Source: Christensenellaceae bacterium
GTDB taxonomy: Bacteria > Bacillota > Clostridia > Christensenellales > Borkfalkiaceae
Direction: 5' to 3'
DNA length: 64,000 bases
Assembly: GCA_045536835.1 (NCBI GenBank)
Contig: JAZSOI010000028.1
Coordinates: forward strand, 3,172 to 67,171
The position numbers and the translations under genes were made by a program. Shown here piece by piece: positions 30,329-39,006 of the stretch (its first letter is position 1; each line of letters begins with the position of its first letter). Under the pieces are notes generated by a model. It saw only the letters and a list, made by a program, of their open reading frames with translations, was not told the origin of the DNA and did no database searches.

Positions 30329-30841
30329 ATTATTAAAAATCAGCACCAAATCAATGAAGAAATAGTTGATAGGGAAGTTAGGCTTATCGGCGCAAACGGT
30401 GAGCAACTTGGCGTTATGAGCGCAAGCGCAGCACTTCAAATCGCTTATGAAAGCGACTTGGATCTCGTTAAAATTTCCCCAAACGCGCAACCCCCGGTTT
30501 GTAAGGTTATGAACTACGGCAAGTACAAGTTCGAGCAAATCAAAAAGCAAAAGGAAGCGCGTAAAAATCAAAAAGTTGTTGAACTTAAAGAAATTTGGTT
30601 GTCTATGACGATAGATATAGGCGACTTAAACGTTAAGGCAAAGCAGGCGCAAAAATTCCTTGCTGCCGGCAACAAAATCAAAGTTTCAATAAGAATGCGC
30701 GGTCGTCAAAACGCACACTCTGACTTAGGCGTTGAAGTTATGAATAAGTTCTATTCTATAATTGAAAACGACGCGGTTATTGAAAAGAAACCACTTTTGG
30801 AAGGAAGAAATATTCTTATGATATTAGCCCCCAAGGCGTAA
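30329..30841 (+). CDS. infC: Translation initiation factor IF-3, ATT start codon
   Basis: The frame opens at 30317 after TAA. AAGGAAGG RBS at 30315-30322, then ATT at 30329. The N-terminal IKNQHQINEEI..VRLIG is IF-3-like and lies upstream of the first ATG (30416). Confidence 0.9.
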   Translation: MIKNQHQINEEIVDREVRLIGANGEQLGVMSASAALQIAYESDLDLVKISPNAQPPVCKVMNYGKYKFEQIKKQKEARKNQKVVELKEIWLSMTIDIGDLNVKAKQAQKFLAAGNKIKVSIRMRGRQNAHSDLGVEVMNKFYSIIENDAVIEKKPLLEGRNILMILAPKA

Positions 30842-30879
30842 GCCAAAGGGCAAACACAAAATTTTAGGAGGACAAAATT

Positions 30880-31080
30880 ATGCCAAAAATGAAGACGCAT
30901 AGTGGTGCGAAGAAGCGTTTCTCGCTTACCGCTACCGGCAAAGTAAAAAGAGGTCATCAAGGTAAGAGCCACATTTTATCTAAGAAGACCACGAAGAGAA
31001 AGAGAAGACTTAGAAGCGGCGCATACGTTTCCGCTACTCAGGAAAGGACTATTAAGTCTATTATTCCTTACAAAGCGTAA
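30880..31080 (+). CDS. rpmI: 50S ribosomal protein L35
   Basis: [14 protein letters not shown]. Confidence 0.95.
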   Translation: MPKMKTHSGAKKRFSLTATGKVKRGHQGKSHILSKKTTKRKRRLRSGAYVSATQERTIKSIIPYKA

Positions 31081-31100
31081 TAGAGGAGGGGAAATAGGAT

Positions 31101-31457
31101 ATGTTAATTAAAAGAGGCGTTAACGCAGTTAAAAAACGCAGAAAGATTATGAAACTTGCTAAGGGTTACTACGGTTCTAAGAGCAAACTTTACAGAGTTG
31201 CTAGAGAAGCGGTAATGAAATCCTTAAACTATGCATACGTTGGAAGAAAGAATAAAAAGAGAGATTTCCGTCAACTTTGGATTGCTAGAATTAACGCAGC
31301 GTGCAGAATGAACGAAATTTCTTACAGCAAATTTATGCACGGTTTAAAACTTGCAGGCATCAACCTTAACAGAAAGGTTCTTGCTGACATGGCAGTTGCT
31401 GATGAAAAGTCTTTTGCTCAACTCGTAAAGAAAGCAAAAGCAAAACTTGAAAAATAA
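31101..31457 (+). CDS. rplT: 50S ribosomal protein L20
   Basis: [10 protein letters not shown]...[11 protein letters not shown]. Confidence 0.95.
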   Translation: MLIKRGVNAVKKRRKIMKLAKGYYGSKSKLYRVAREAVMKSLNYAYVGRKNKKRDFRQLWIARINAACRMNEISYSKFMHGLKLAGINLNRKVLADMAVADEKSFAQLVKKAKAKLEK

Positions 31458-31470
31458 GAGTTTACGCGTT

Positions 31471-31497
31471 TAGGCTATTGATTTTATCAATAGCCTA
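31471..31497 (+). terminator. Hairpin after rplT
   Basis: 12-bp stem TAGGCTATTGAT/ATCAATAGCCTA. The trailing T-run is weak. Confidence 0.5.
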
Positions 31498-31509
31498 ATT
31501 GTAGTTTTT

Positions 31510-32238
31510 ATGATATACTCGTCAAAGCAAAACGCGCTCATTAAAAAGATAGCGAGTTTAAAAGATAAAAAGGGTAGGCGTGAACACGGTTTATATATCG
31601 TTGAAGGCGTTAAAATGGTAACGGAAGCGATAAAATACGGTCAAGATATATCTTATATCGTAGTATCGCAAAAGGCTGATTTTACCTTTCAAACGAGCGC
31701 GGAGATATTAACGGTTACCGAGCAAGTATTTTCGTATTTATCCGATGAAACCACACCGCAAGGCGTACTCGCGGTGGTTAAAATTCCCGATTTATCTTTG
31801 AAAAAGCCGAGTGGCAACGCTATTATACTCGACGGGATTCAAGACCCCGGCAATATGGGTACGATTATCCGTACTGCAACGGCGTGCGGTTATAGCGATA
31901 TCTATCTTTTATCGTGTGTTGATCCGTATTCGCCAAAGGCGGTTAGGGCGTCGATGAGTGGAATTTATTTCGTAAACGCTATAAAATGCGAAGTAGAAGA
32001 TATTAAAAATCTATTATCTGGTTACGAGATAATCGTTGCAGATTTCGGCGGTAAAAACTTGTTTGATTACAAGCCAAGCAGTAACTTTGCAATAGTTATC
32101 GGCAACGAGGGAAACGGCGTTTCTCAAGCGGTAAAATCGATGGCGGACACCGTTCTTACTATCCCCATGGATAGTAAAATTGAAAGTTTAAACGCGTCGG
32201 TAGCGTGTGCGCTGATGATGTATAATTTAAAAAACTAA
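31510..32238 (+). CDS. TrmH/SpoU family RNA 2'-O-methyltransferase
   Basis: SpoU motifs (DGIQDPGNMGTIIRTA, VIGNEGNGV, ESLNASVA). Confidence 0.8.
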   Translation: MIYSSKQNALIKKIASLKDKKGRREHGLYIVEGVKMVTEAIKYGQDISYIVVSQKADFTFQTSAEILTVTEQVFSYLSDETTPQGVLAVVKIPDLSLKKPSGNAIILDGIQDPGNMGTIIRTATACGYSDIYLLSCVDPYSPKAVRASMSGIYFVNAIKCEVEDIKNLLSGYEIIVADFGGKNLFDYKPSSNFAIVIGNEGNGVSQAVKSMADTVLTIPMDSKIESLNASVACALMMYNLKN

Positions 32239-32264
32239 CACTCACTTATTTAAGGAGAAAAAAT

Positions 32265-33005
32265 ATGTCAGGACATAGTAAATGGGCGAACATTAAAAAT
32301 AAAAAGGCTAAAACGGACGCTGCTAAGGGTAAAATTTTCACTAAACTTGGCAGAGAACTTGCCGTTGCTGCAAAAGCGGGTGCAGACCCTGCAACTAACA
32401 GTAAACTTGCCGACGTTATTGCTAAGGCAAAAGCGGCAAACATGCCTAACGACAACATAAATAGAAGTATCAAGAAAGCGGCTGGCGAACTTGGTAACGT
32501 AAACTACGAAGTTAAAACTTACGAAGGTTACGGTATCGGCGGTAGTGCAGTTATCGTTTCAACGCTTACTGATAACGTTAATAGAACGGTTGGCGAAGTA
32601 AGACACATTTTTGACAAATACGGCGGAAATATGGGAACTACTGGTTCAGTATCGTACATGTTTGAAAACATGGGCGTTATCGTTATTGAAAGAACCGTTG
32701 ACCTTGATGAAGACGCGGTTATGGAAATGGCTCTCGACGCTGGCGCTGACGACGTTATTACTGAAGACGACGCTTTTGAAGTTAGAACTTCCCCTTCGGA
32801 ATTTTCTGCAGTTAGAAAATACTTTGAAGAAAAGGGCTTAACTCTTATCGAAGCGGACATCATGATGGTTCCTAACGATAAAATTACCTTAAACGACGAG
32901 CAACTCATCTCTTTCAATAAGATGATGGACGCTTTTGAAGATAACGACGACGTTCAAAACGTATATCATAACGTGGAACTTCCCGAAATTGAAGACGAAG
33001 ATTAA
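32265..33005 (+). CDS. yebC: YebC/PmpR family transcriptional regulator
   Basis: MSGHSKWANIKNKKAKTDAAKGK. Confidence 0.9.
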   Translation: MSGHSKWANIKNKKAKTDAAKGKIFTKLGRELAVAAKAGADPATNSKLADVIAKAKAANMPNDNINRSIKKAAGELGNVNYEVKTYEGYGIGGSAVIVSTLTDNVNRTVGEVRHIFDKYGGNMGTTGSVSYMFENMGVIVIERTVDLDEDAVMEMALDAGADDVITEDDAFEVRTSPSEFSAVRKYFEEKGLTLIEADIMMVPNDKITLNDEQLISFNKMMDAFEDNDDVQNVYHNVELPEIEDED

Positions 33006-33006
33006 G

Positions 33007-33136
33007 CCGTTATAAACATCGCAATACTGCGTTTCTGCAAAGCCGTTGCACTAACGATGACCAACAAGGTCAATCGTTGCCGTACCGTCTTTACGAGCCT
33101 TGTCTTGCTTGTTTCTAACGTCTTAATAAGTTTATC
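33007..33136 (+). repeat. Unclassified ~130-nt structured element, copy 2 (in the yebC 3' UTR)
   Basis: Same architecture as 27930-28063. Central hairpin at 33052-33079 with compensatory changes relative to copy 1. Confidence 0.6.
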
Positions 33137-33155
33137 AAAATTTTAAATAATTAAG

Positions 33156-33190
33156 GCATAGGTATAGCCTATGCTTTTTTTATTTTTTTT
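33156..33190 (+). terminator. Intrinsic terminator of the yebC transcript
   Basis: GCATAGG-TATAG-CCTATGC followed by a long T-run. Confidence 0.8.
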
Positions 33191-33328
33191 AAAATTCTTG
33201 TATAAAAGCGAAAAATTGTGACAATACTATTATCGTAACGACAAAACCTGAAAGTTTTACGAGAGTGATTTGAGTTAAGGTTTATTATAGTTCGTTACTT
33301 AAAATAGCGAAGTTTTTTACGTGGAATG

Positions 33329-33403
33329 GGTCTTTTCTGTTCCTTTGATAAAAAACGGAGCAGAAAAGACCGTTTTACTTTTTAAAAACGGTCTTTGTTT
33401 TTT
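33329..33403 (+). promoter_or_regulatory. Mutually exclusive antiterminator/terminator hairpins (orphan attenuator or sRNA 3' end)
   Basis: 15-bp hairpin 33329-33343/33357-33371 overlaps a 12-bp terminator 33365-33376/33385-33396 followed by GTTTTTT. Confidence 0.55.
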
Positions 33404-33503
33404 GAAAAAATTTTTCACCCACTTGCCATAATTTTAACAATAGTGTAAAATATAATAAAGTAGAGAATAATTATAGTAATTATTAGATAAACTAAGGAGA
33501 GTT

Positions 33504-34751
33504 ATGAAGAAAAAGATTTTATCGTTAATTGCAATACTTATTATGAGTATGGCGTTTACGCTTACTTCGTGCGTTATAACCACCCAAGATTCCACCGTTG
33601 AAGGTCCAGTTGAAAAGTTTGAAGTTACCGTTCAAACGTCAACCGCAACGCCGAACTATGGTTCGCTCGTTGAAATGCTTGACGCGGTAAGACCGTCAGT
33701 CGTTGAAATTTATACTCAAAGTGAAATTGCGCAAGGCACGGGTGCGGGTAGTGGTATTATTTTATCGGTTACAGGAACTGAAACACAAGATAATATAGAC
33801 GATTATTATTTCGTTTTAACTTGCCACCACGTTATTGACGGTGGGGATAAATATTTAGTTAAAGATATAAGCGGTAATCAATATAGCACAAGACTAATCG
33901 GTGGTGACCCCGATTCCGATATTGCCGTTTTACAATTATATCCTTACGGCGACGGTTATTCTGCGGATAAAGTAGACCTTGCAGTTGCCGTTAGAAGAGA
34001 TATCGAAGGAGTTGCACCCTTAAAAGTTGGTGAAGAAGTGGTTGCGATAGGTAACCCCTTAGGCACTTTGGGTGGAACGGTAACCAAAGGTATTATTTCT
34101 TCCGTAAAAAGAACGGTTAACGTTGCCGACCTTGGTTATATGGACCTTATTCAAACGGACTGTTCGATAAACGGCGGTAATTCAGGCGGTGGACTATTTG
34201 ATACGCAAGGAAATCTCGTTGGCGTAGTAAATGCGGGTTATTCGGGGCTTCAAGGGCTTAATTTCGCTATTCCAGTTGACGATGCGATGGAAGTTTTTGA
34301 AAGTTTAACCGAAACTTACTTCTACAACAGCGAGTACGTATATAATTACGGCTACGTTGAAGGTAGGGCAAGGGCTTGTGCCGAGTATAACTACGCGTTG
34401 TCGTTCGGCTCGGAAATTGCAATTGCCGATTATTCGTACAATTTCCGCACCTATCCCGTTTGCGTAATGGCTATAAAGGAAGGTAGCGTTTATGAAGAAG
34501 CGGGTTTACAAGTTGGCGATATGATTCGCGCCGTTTCTAGCAAGAATCAATCTTACGTAGTTGCCTTAACGTCTTCAACTAGAGCGTACGATACGGTAAC
34601 GTTCCTTAACAAACTCAAACTTTCCGTTGGCGATACCGTAACTTTCACCGTTGAAAGATCGGGCGCAACTAAAAATATAACCGTAACTTATGAGCAATTT
34701 ATTTACGGCGACACCGGTTATACCTTAGCCGAACCCGAAACTCAAGAATAA
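33504..34751 (+). CDS. Trypsin-like (S1C/HtrA-related) serine protease lipoprotein
   Basis: Lipobox LTSC. Catalytic triad contexts TCHHV, DIAVL and GNSGGGL. C-terminal PDZ-like region. Confidence 0.8.
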   Translation: MKKKILSLIAILIMSMAFTLTSCVITTQDSTVEGPVEKFEVTVQTSTATPNYGSLVEMLDAVRPSVVEIYTQSEIAQGTGAGSGIILSVTGTETQDNIDDYYFVLTCHHVIDGGDKYLVKDISGNQYSTRLIGGDPDSDIAVLQLYPYGDGYSADKVDLAVAVRRDIEGVAPLKVGEEVVAIGNPLGTLGGTVTKGIISSVKRTVNVADLGYMDLIQTDCSINGGNSGGGLFDTQGNLVGVVNAGYSGLQGLNFAIPVDDAMEVFESLTETYFYNSEYVYNYGYVEGRARACAEYNYALSFGSEIAIADYSYNFRTYPVCVMAIKEGSVYEEAGLQVGDMIRAVSSKNQSYVVALTSSTRAYDTVTFLNKLKLSVGDTVTFTVERSGATKNITVTYEQFIYGDTGYTLAEPETQE

Positions 34752-34759
34752 AACTAAAA

Positions 34760-34787
34760 GCGAGAACTCAACGTTCTCGCTTTTTTT
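34760..34787. terminator. Bidirectional terminator between the protease and acyltransferase genes
   Basis: GCGAGAAC/GTTCTCGC stem flanked by an A-run and T7. Confidence 0.75.
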
Positions 34788-34791
34788 ACGA

Positions 34792-36069
34792 TTATTTTTC
34801 AAACTTAAAGTCTTGCCATTTTCCACCGCTAAGTCTATGTAATTCTTCGGTGAGTAGGAAGAACTTTTCAACGCATCTAGTTTCGGGATAGAATTCGTAG
34901 AATTTACCATCTACGAAAGTGTAAAATCTCGAAACGTCCGTGCACATACCAAAGGTGGGTAAGTTTTGCGGTTCAACGTTAAATTCTAAATCTTTTCCGT
35001 CGTTTTTACCTTTAAAGGTAAGTCCGTTAATATCTATCGTTAAAATTCCTTCGCCAGTAATTTCACTAGTTTTTCCGTGTTTGAGATATTTATATTCTGG
35101 AAGAGTTCCAAGTTTAACTTTACAAGAAAATGAAAAATCGGGGTTTTTAACGGTTTCTTTCGCGCGTTCTCTCTGCATTTTAAACCAGTGGCTTTGAGTT
35201 TCGGGGATAACGCAGTTGTCGTCTAACGGAGTTAGAGAATAAGTGTCGTCAATCGTTGCACCGTTACCGCACTCGGTGCACCATATCGCGTCCCCACGCG
35301 AAACCATAGAGTGATCGCATCCACACTTAGGGCATAGGTATAACACGTCGCTCAGCCCTTGCGCTGAAAGACCGTCTGTTTTATAGTGGTAGCGATAAAG
35401 TTTATTCCACTTATAATCGTCGTGATAGAGTTTTTCGTTTATTATATCTTCAATTTGCTCTGGGGAAAGCGTTTCAAGATCTTTAGGCGAAAACATCTTA
35501 TCAATTACGACTTCTATATGACCGGGGTAGGCGTTGTTCGTGTGTTTAGGAAAGGTCAAAAACGCACCTTTTATTACAGAGTAATAAACTGGAAGTTTAA
35601 AGTGCTTGATAAACTTTCCAGTACCTATGGCAACGGGTTGGTTCATACCCGCGATAGAATTCATGCCTTCGGGGAATAAAAATATATTTCCACCGTTTTT
35701 TATAACCCTTGAAATTTCTTTAATCGAATAGGGGTCAGGCGTGAAATTTTTCTTGGGGATATGTTGAAGTAAGGAAAATATTCCCTTTAAGTGCGAGCGG
35801 TAAAACTCATTGTATCCCGCAACGAAGTTATAAACGTTTGGTAAAAGCGGAATTGCCGTAAACATATAATCGTTTCTAGACGCGTGGTTACTGATAAAAA
35901 TATGTTGACCAACGTCCTTTCTAGGATCGCTTTTAAAAGTTACCTTAACGCCGTATTTTTTTAGGAATAACAGTTTCCAAATCTTGCCCAAAGTTTTATA
36001 GATAAACTGGGGTGGAGTTTTTATTTTTCTAAGATGCAATTTTTGCTCGTTAGTAAGACGCTTTTTCAT
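34792..36069 (-). CDS. PlsC-type lysophospholipid acyltransferase with extended C-terminal zinc-ribbon domain
   Basis: HxxxxD (NHASRND) and FPEG motifs in the N-terminal half. CPKCG...CTECG in the C-terminal half. Confidence 0.7.
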   Translation of the reverse strand: MKKRLTNEQKLHLRKIKTPPQFIYKTLGKIWKLLFLKKYGVKVTFKSDPRKDVGQHIFISNHASRNDYMFTAIPLLPNVYNFVAGYNEFYRSHLKGIFSLLQHIPKKNFTPDPYSIKEISRVIKNGGNIFLFPEGMNSIAGMNQPVAIGTGKFIKHFKLPVYYSVIKGAFLTFPKHTNNAYPGHIEVVIDKMFSPKDLETLSPEQIEDIINEKLYHDDYKWNKLYRYHYKTDGLSAQGLSDVLYLCPKCGCDHSMVSRGDAIWCTECGNGATIDDTYSLTPLDDNCVIPETQSHWFKMQRERAKETVKNPDFSFSCKVKLGTLPEYKYLKHGKTSEITGEGILTIDINGLTFKGKNDGKDLEFNVEPQNLPTFGMCTDVSRFYTFVDGKFYEFYPETRCVEKFFLLTEELHRLSGGKWQDFKFEK

Positions 36070-36170
36070 AATTTATATGGTAACACATTTTCATTTTTTA
36101 GTCAAGGAGTGTCAATTTTTTCTAAGTTTGCATATTTATAGAGTGAACAGGTTAAAACAAGGAGGCAAAA

Positions 36171-36818
36171 ATGTCATTTTTCTGTAATTGTCCTACGGAC
36201 AGATGCCCAGGAAGGCTTAGCGGTAATCCTGCAAGCGGTCTGTGCGATAAGGTTTGTATTCAAGTAAAAAAGGTGTTCGACGCGTGTATTAGACAGGCTC
36301 AAGAAGAAAACGTCAACGTAACTTTAACGAGCGTAACGCCAGCAAATCCTACATATCCTTTAACTTTCGTCAGCGCGCGCAATATCAAAACCCTTGCTGA
36401 AATTACTTCATTGCAAGTAGATCCACTTCCCGATAGACCGAATTTAAGTAGGGTGCAAGTAACTTACAACGTTCCCGTTGAAGTTTTGTATACCGACGCA
36501 AACGGAGTTGAAGGAAAGGGTACGGCTACGATAACTCTATCCCAAGACGTTATCTTGCACGTTCCCGCACCGTCGATTATGCCGTACGAAGTGGAAGCGG
36601 TGGTATCCGTAGTATCGCCGGAAGGAACTTACGTTTCGGGAAATACTTTCAACGTAACGTTCTGTACGACGAGCATTATAAAAATCGTTATGACGGTTGA
36701 ACTTTTAATTCCGTCTTACGGCTACGCGACAATTCCACCGTGCCAAGAATACACTCAAGAAGTGTGCTCGGGATTTTTTGAACTGCCACTCTTTCCCGAC
36801 GGGGACGGTAATATTTAA
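36171..36818 (+). CDS. Hypothetical cysteine-rich protein
   Basis: Strong RBS AAGGAGG. 215 aa with an N-terminal Cys cluster (CNCPTDRCPG...CDKVCIQVKKVFDAC). No family recognised. Confidence 0.55.
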   Translation: MSFFCNCPTDRCPGRLSGNPASGLCDKVCIQVKKVFDACIRQAQEENVNVTLTSVTPANPTYPLTFVSARNIKTLAEITSLQVDPLPDRPNLSRVQVTYNVPVEVLYTDANGVEGKGTATITLSQDVILHVPAPSIMPYEVEAVVSVVSPEGTYVSGNTFNVTFCTTSIIKIVMTVELLIPSYGYATIPPCQEYTQEVCSGFFELPLFPDGDGNI

Positions 36819-36836
36819 TAAATAAATATACTAAAA

Positions 36837-36858
36837 AGCGTACTAGTACGCTTTTTTT
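36837..36858 (+). terminator. Intrinsic terminator
   Basis: AGCGTAC-TA-GTACGCT, then TTTTTT. Confidence 0.8.
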
Positions 36859-36908
36859 ATTGCCTTAAAACGCTTGCGTTTCAAAATTGATAGTGCTATA
36901 ATTATTTT

Positions 36909-37604
36909 ATGAAAGTTTACGCAATAAGCGACCTTCATTTATCGCTAAGTGGCGAAAAGCCTATGGATATATTCGGCGATAAGTGGGATGGGTATCTTGA
37001 CAAAATTAAATACGACTGGCAGTCAAAGGTGTCAGATGGCGATATCGTGCTTATTTGCGGAGATATCAGTTGGGCTATGAAACTCGACGGTGCGCTTGAA
37101 GACCTTAAATGGTTTGACGGTCTTAACGGCAAAAAGATTTTAATTCGCGGAAACCACGATTACTGGTGGCAGGGCATAACTAGGATAAGGGAAAGTCTTC
37201 CAAACGGCGTTTATGCTCTTCAAAACGACGCGATTAAGATAGGTAACGTCGTATTTTGCGGTTCGCGTGGTTGGGCGGTAGAAGGCTCGCCTGACTTTGA
37301 CGAGCATGACCGCCATATCTACGAGCGCGAAGCGGAAAGGTTTAAACTTGCTCTTTCTTCCGCTAAAAAACTTATGGAAGATGGGGACAAGCTTATTTGC
37401 TTAATTCACTATCCGCCCTTTAACGTAAGGCGCGAACCTTCGCTCTTTACTAAAATTTTTGAAGATAATAAAGTTGACAAAGTGGTATACGGTCACTTGC
37501 ACGGCAAAGGCGTCGTTCCGTATCATAGGCTTAACCTTAACGGCGTTGAATACGTTTTGTCTTCTTGCGATCAAGTTGACAACAGTTTGGTGGAGATAAT
37601 TTAA
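36909..37604 (+). CDS. Calcineurin-like metallophosphoesterase
   Basis: DLHL, GDISW, GNHDYW, GHLHG. Confidence 0.8.
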   Translation: MKVYAISDLHLSLSGEKPMDIFGDKWDGYLDKIKYDWQSKVSDGDIVLICGDISWAMKLDGALEDLKWFDGLNGKKILIRGNHDYWWQGITRIRESLPNGVYALQNDAIKIGNVVFCGSRGWAVEGSPDFDEHDRHIYEREAERFKLALSSAKKLMEDGDKLICLIHYPPFNVRREPSLFTKIFEDNKVDKVVYGHLHGKGVVPYHRLNLNGVEYVLSSCDQVDNSLVEII

Positions 37605-37605
37605 T

Positions 37606-38706
37606 ATGAAGGAAAAGATCAAAAAAATTGCTACACGTTGGTTTATAACTGCCTTTTCGGGCATGGCTCAAGGCTTGTTCTGCACGTTGATTGCGGGAAC
37701 TATTCTCGCTCAAATTGCAGGCTGGATAGGGGATAATTACGTTGGTAGAACGCTTTTATCTATTGCAAACGTTGCAAAATCTTTAATGGGCGCAGGCATA
37801 GGCGTTGGCATCGCTTATGCACTTACTAAGAACAAACTCTTAGTTTTCTCGTGCGCGGTTGCAGGTATGGTAGGCGCGTTTGCCGATAAACTTATGGTAG
37901 GCGGAGTGGGTTTCACCGCCCTTAATATGGGTGCGCCTGGCAACCCGATAGGTGCGTACGTTACGACTTTACTTGCCGTTGAAATCGTTTCGCTCTATGC
38001 TGGCAAAACCAAACTCGATATAATTTTAGTTCCATTAGGAACTATGTTACTCGCTTTTGCAGGCGTGTTCGTTGCTTGGCCGTTCATTAAACTTATCGAT
38101 TTATTCGCTAAACTTTTAGTTATCACTATCAACGCCGGCGAAGCGGTTAAAATTTTAGTTGGTATATTTATTGCGGTGGTTATGGGCATACTTCTTACTA
38201 TGCCAACGTCGTCCGCTGCAATATGGGTAGCGATTGCTGGCTCAAACACCGCACTTTCAAATCCCGAAGTTTTCGCAATAGCGGGCGGTGCTGCGGTTGC
38301 AGGTTGCGCTGCACACATGGTAGGTTTTGCGGTTACCAGTTACCGTGAAAACGGCGTGGGCGGTCTTATTTCGCAAGGAATAGGCACGAGCATGCTTCAA
38401 ATTCCCAACATTATGAAAAAGCCTATAATTATGTTACCCGAAATTATTTCTAGCGCGGTAGCGGGCTTAGTTGCTGTGCTTTTAAACGTTAGATGTACTG
38501 CCGCTGGCGGTGGTATGGGAACTAGTGGACTAGTTGGTTTGTTCGGCGTTATCGACGCTAACGCGTTGTACGGTATTTCCCCACTTCTAACCGTTTTAGG
38601 CATTGCGCTTTGCTTATTTATTATTCCAGCGGGCGTTTCCCTTTTAGTTTCAGAATTTATGCGCAAGAAAAACTTAATTAAGTTTGGCGATATGAAACTA
38701 GATTAA
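37606..38706 (+). CDS. Polytopic membrane protein (PTS EIIC_2-like?)
   Basis: About 10 TM segments, Gly/Ala-rich. The family assignment is tentative. Confidence 0.4.
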   Translation: MKEKIKKIATRWFITAFSGMAQGLFCTLIAGTILAQIAGWIGDNYVGRTLLSIANVAKSLMGAGIGVGIAYALTKNKLLVFSCAVAGMVGAFADKLMVGGVGFTALNMGAPGNPIGAYVTTLLAVEIVSLYAGKTKLDIILVPLGTMLLAFAGVFVAWPFIKLIDLFAKLLVITINAGEAVKILVGIFIAVVMGILLTMPTSSAAIWVAIAGSNTALSNPEVFAIAGGAAVAGCAAHMVGFAVTSYRENGVGGLISQGIGTSMLQIPNIMKKPIIMLPEIISSAVAGLVAVLLNVRCTAAGGGMGTSGLVGLFGVIDANALYGISPLLTVLGIALCLFIIPAGVSLLVSEFMRKKNLIKFGDMKLD

Positions 38707-38751
38707 CATAAAAATTATAAACTTCTCATAAGTATTTATGAGGAGTTTTTT

Positions 38752-39006
38752 ATGGAAAATTTACAACTTTTAACTATCGAAAACAAGAGAAAAATAACCG
38801 TTACCGAAGCAAGGGAAGTGATTGCTTTTTCCGAGCGTGAAATAAGACTTACCTTAAAGGATGGTTCAACCTTAGTTGCGCTTGGCGACGGGCTTAAAAT
38901 TACCGCTTTCGACGAGAAAAACGGAATTTTTACCGCAAGCGGAAACGTTACTTCAACTAAGTTTTTAGGAAGTGGAAAAAACTTATTAAAAAAGGTTTTT
39001 AAATAA
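38752..39006 (+). CDS. yabP: Sporulation protein YabP
   Basis: 84 aa, YabP-like (ITVTEAREVIAFSEREIRLTL), followed by yabQ and divIC as in Bacilli/Clostridia. Confidence 0.8.
   Translation: MENLQLLTIENKRKITVTEAREVIAFSEREIRLTLKDGSTLVALGDGLKITAFDEKNGIFTASGNVTSTKFLGSGKNLLKKVFK

Noticed and set aside
33326-33385. 19-codon ORF (MGLFCSFDKKRSRKDRFTF) overlapping the attenuator hairpins, considered as a possible leader peptide
   Set aside because: It has no usable Shine-Dalgarno (only GTGGA, 1 nt from the ATG) and no run of regulatory codons. The alternative hairpins explain the sequence without translation.
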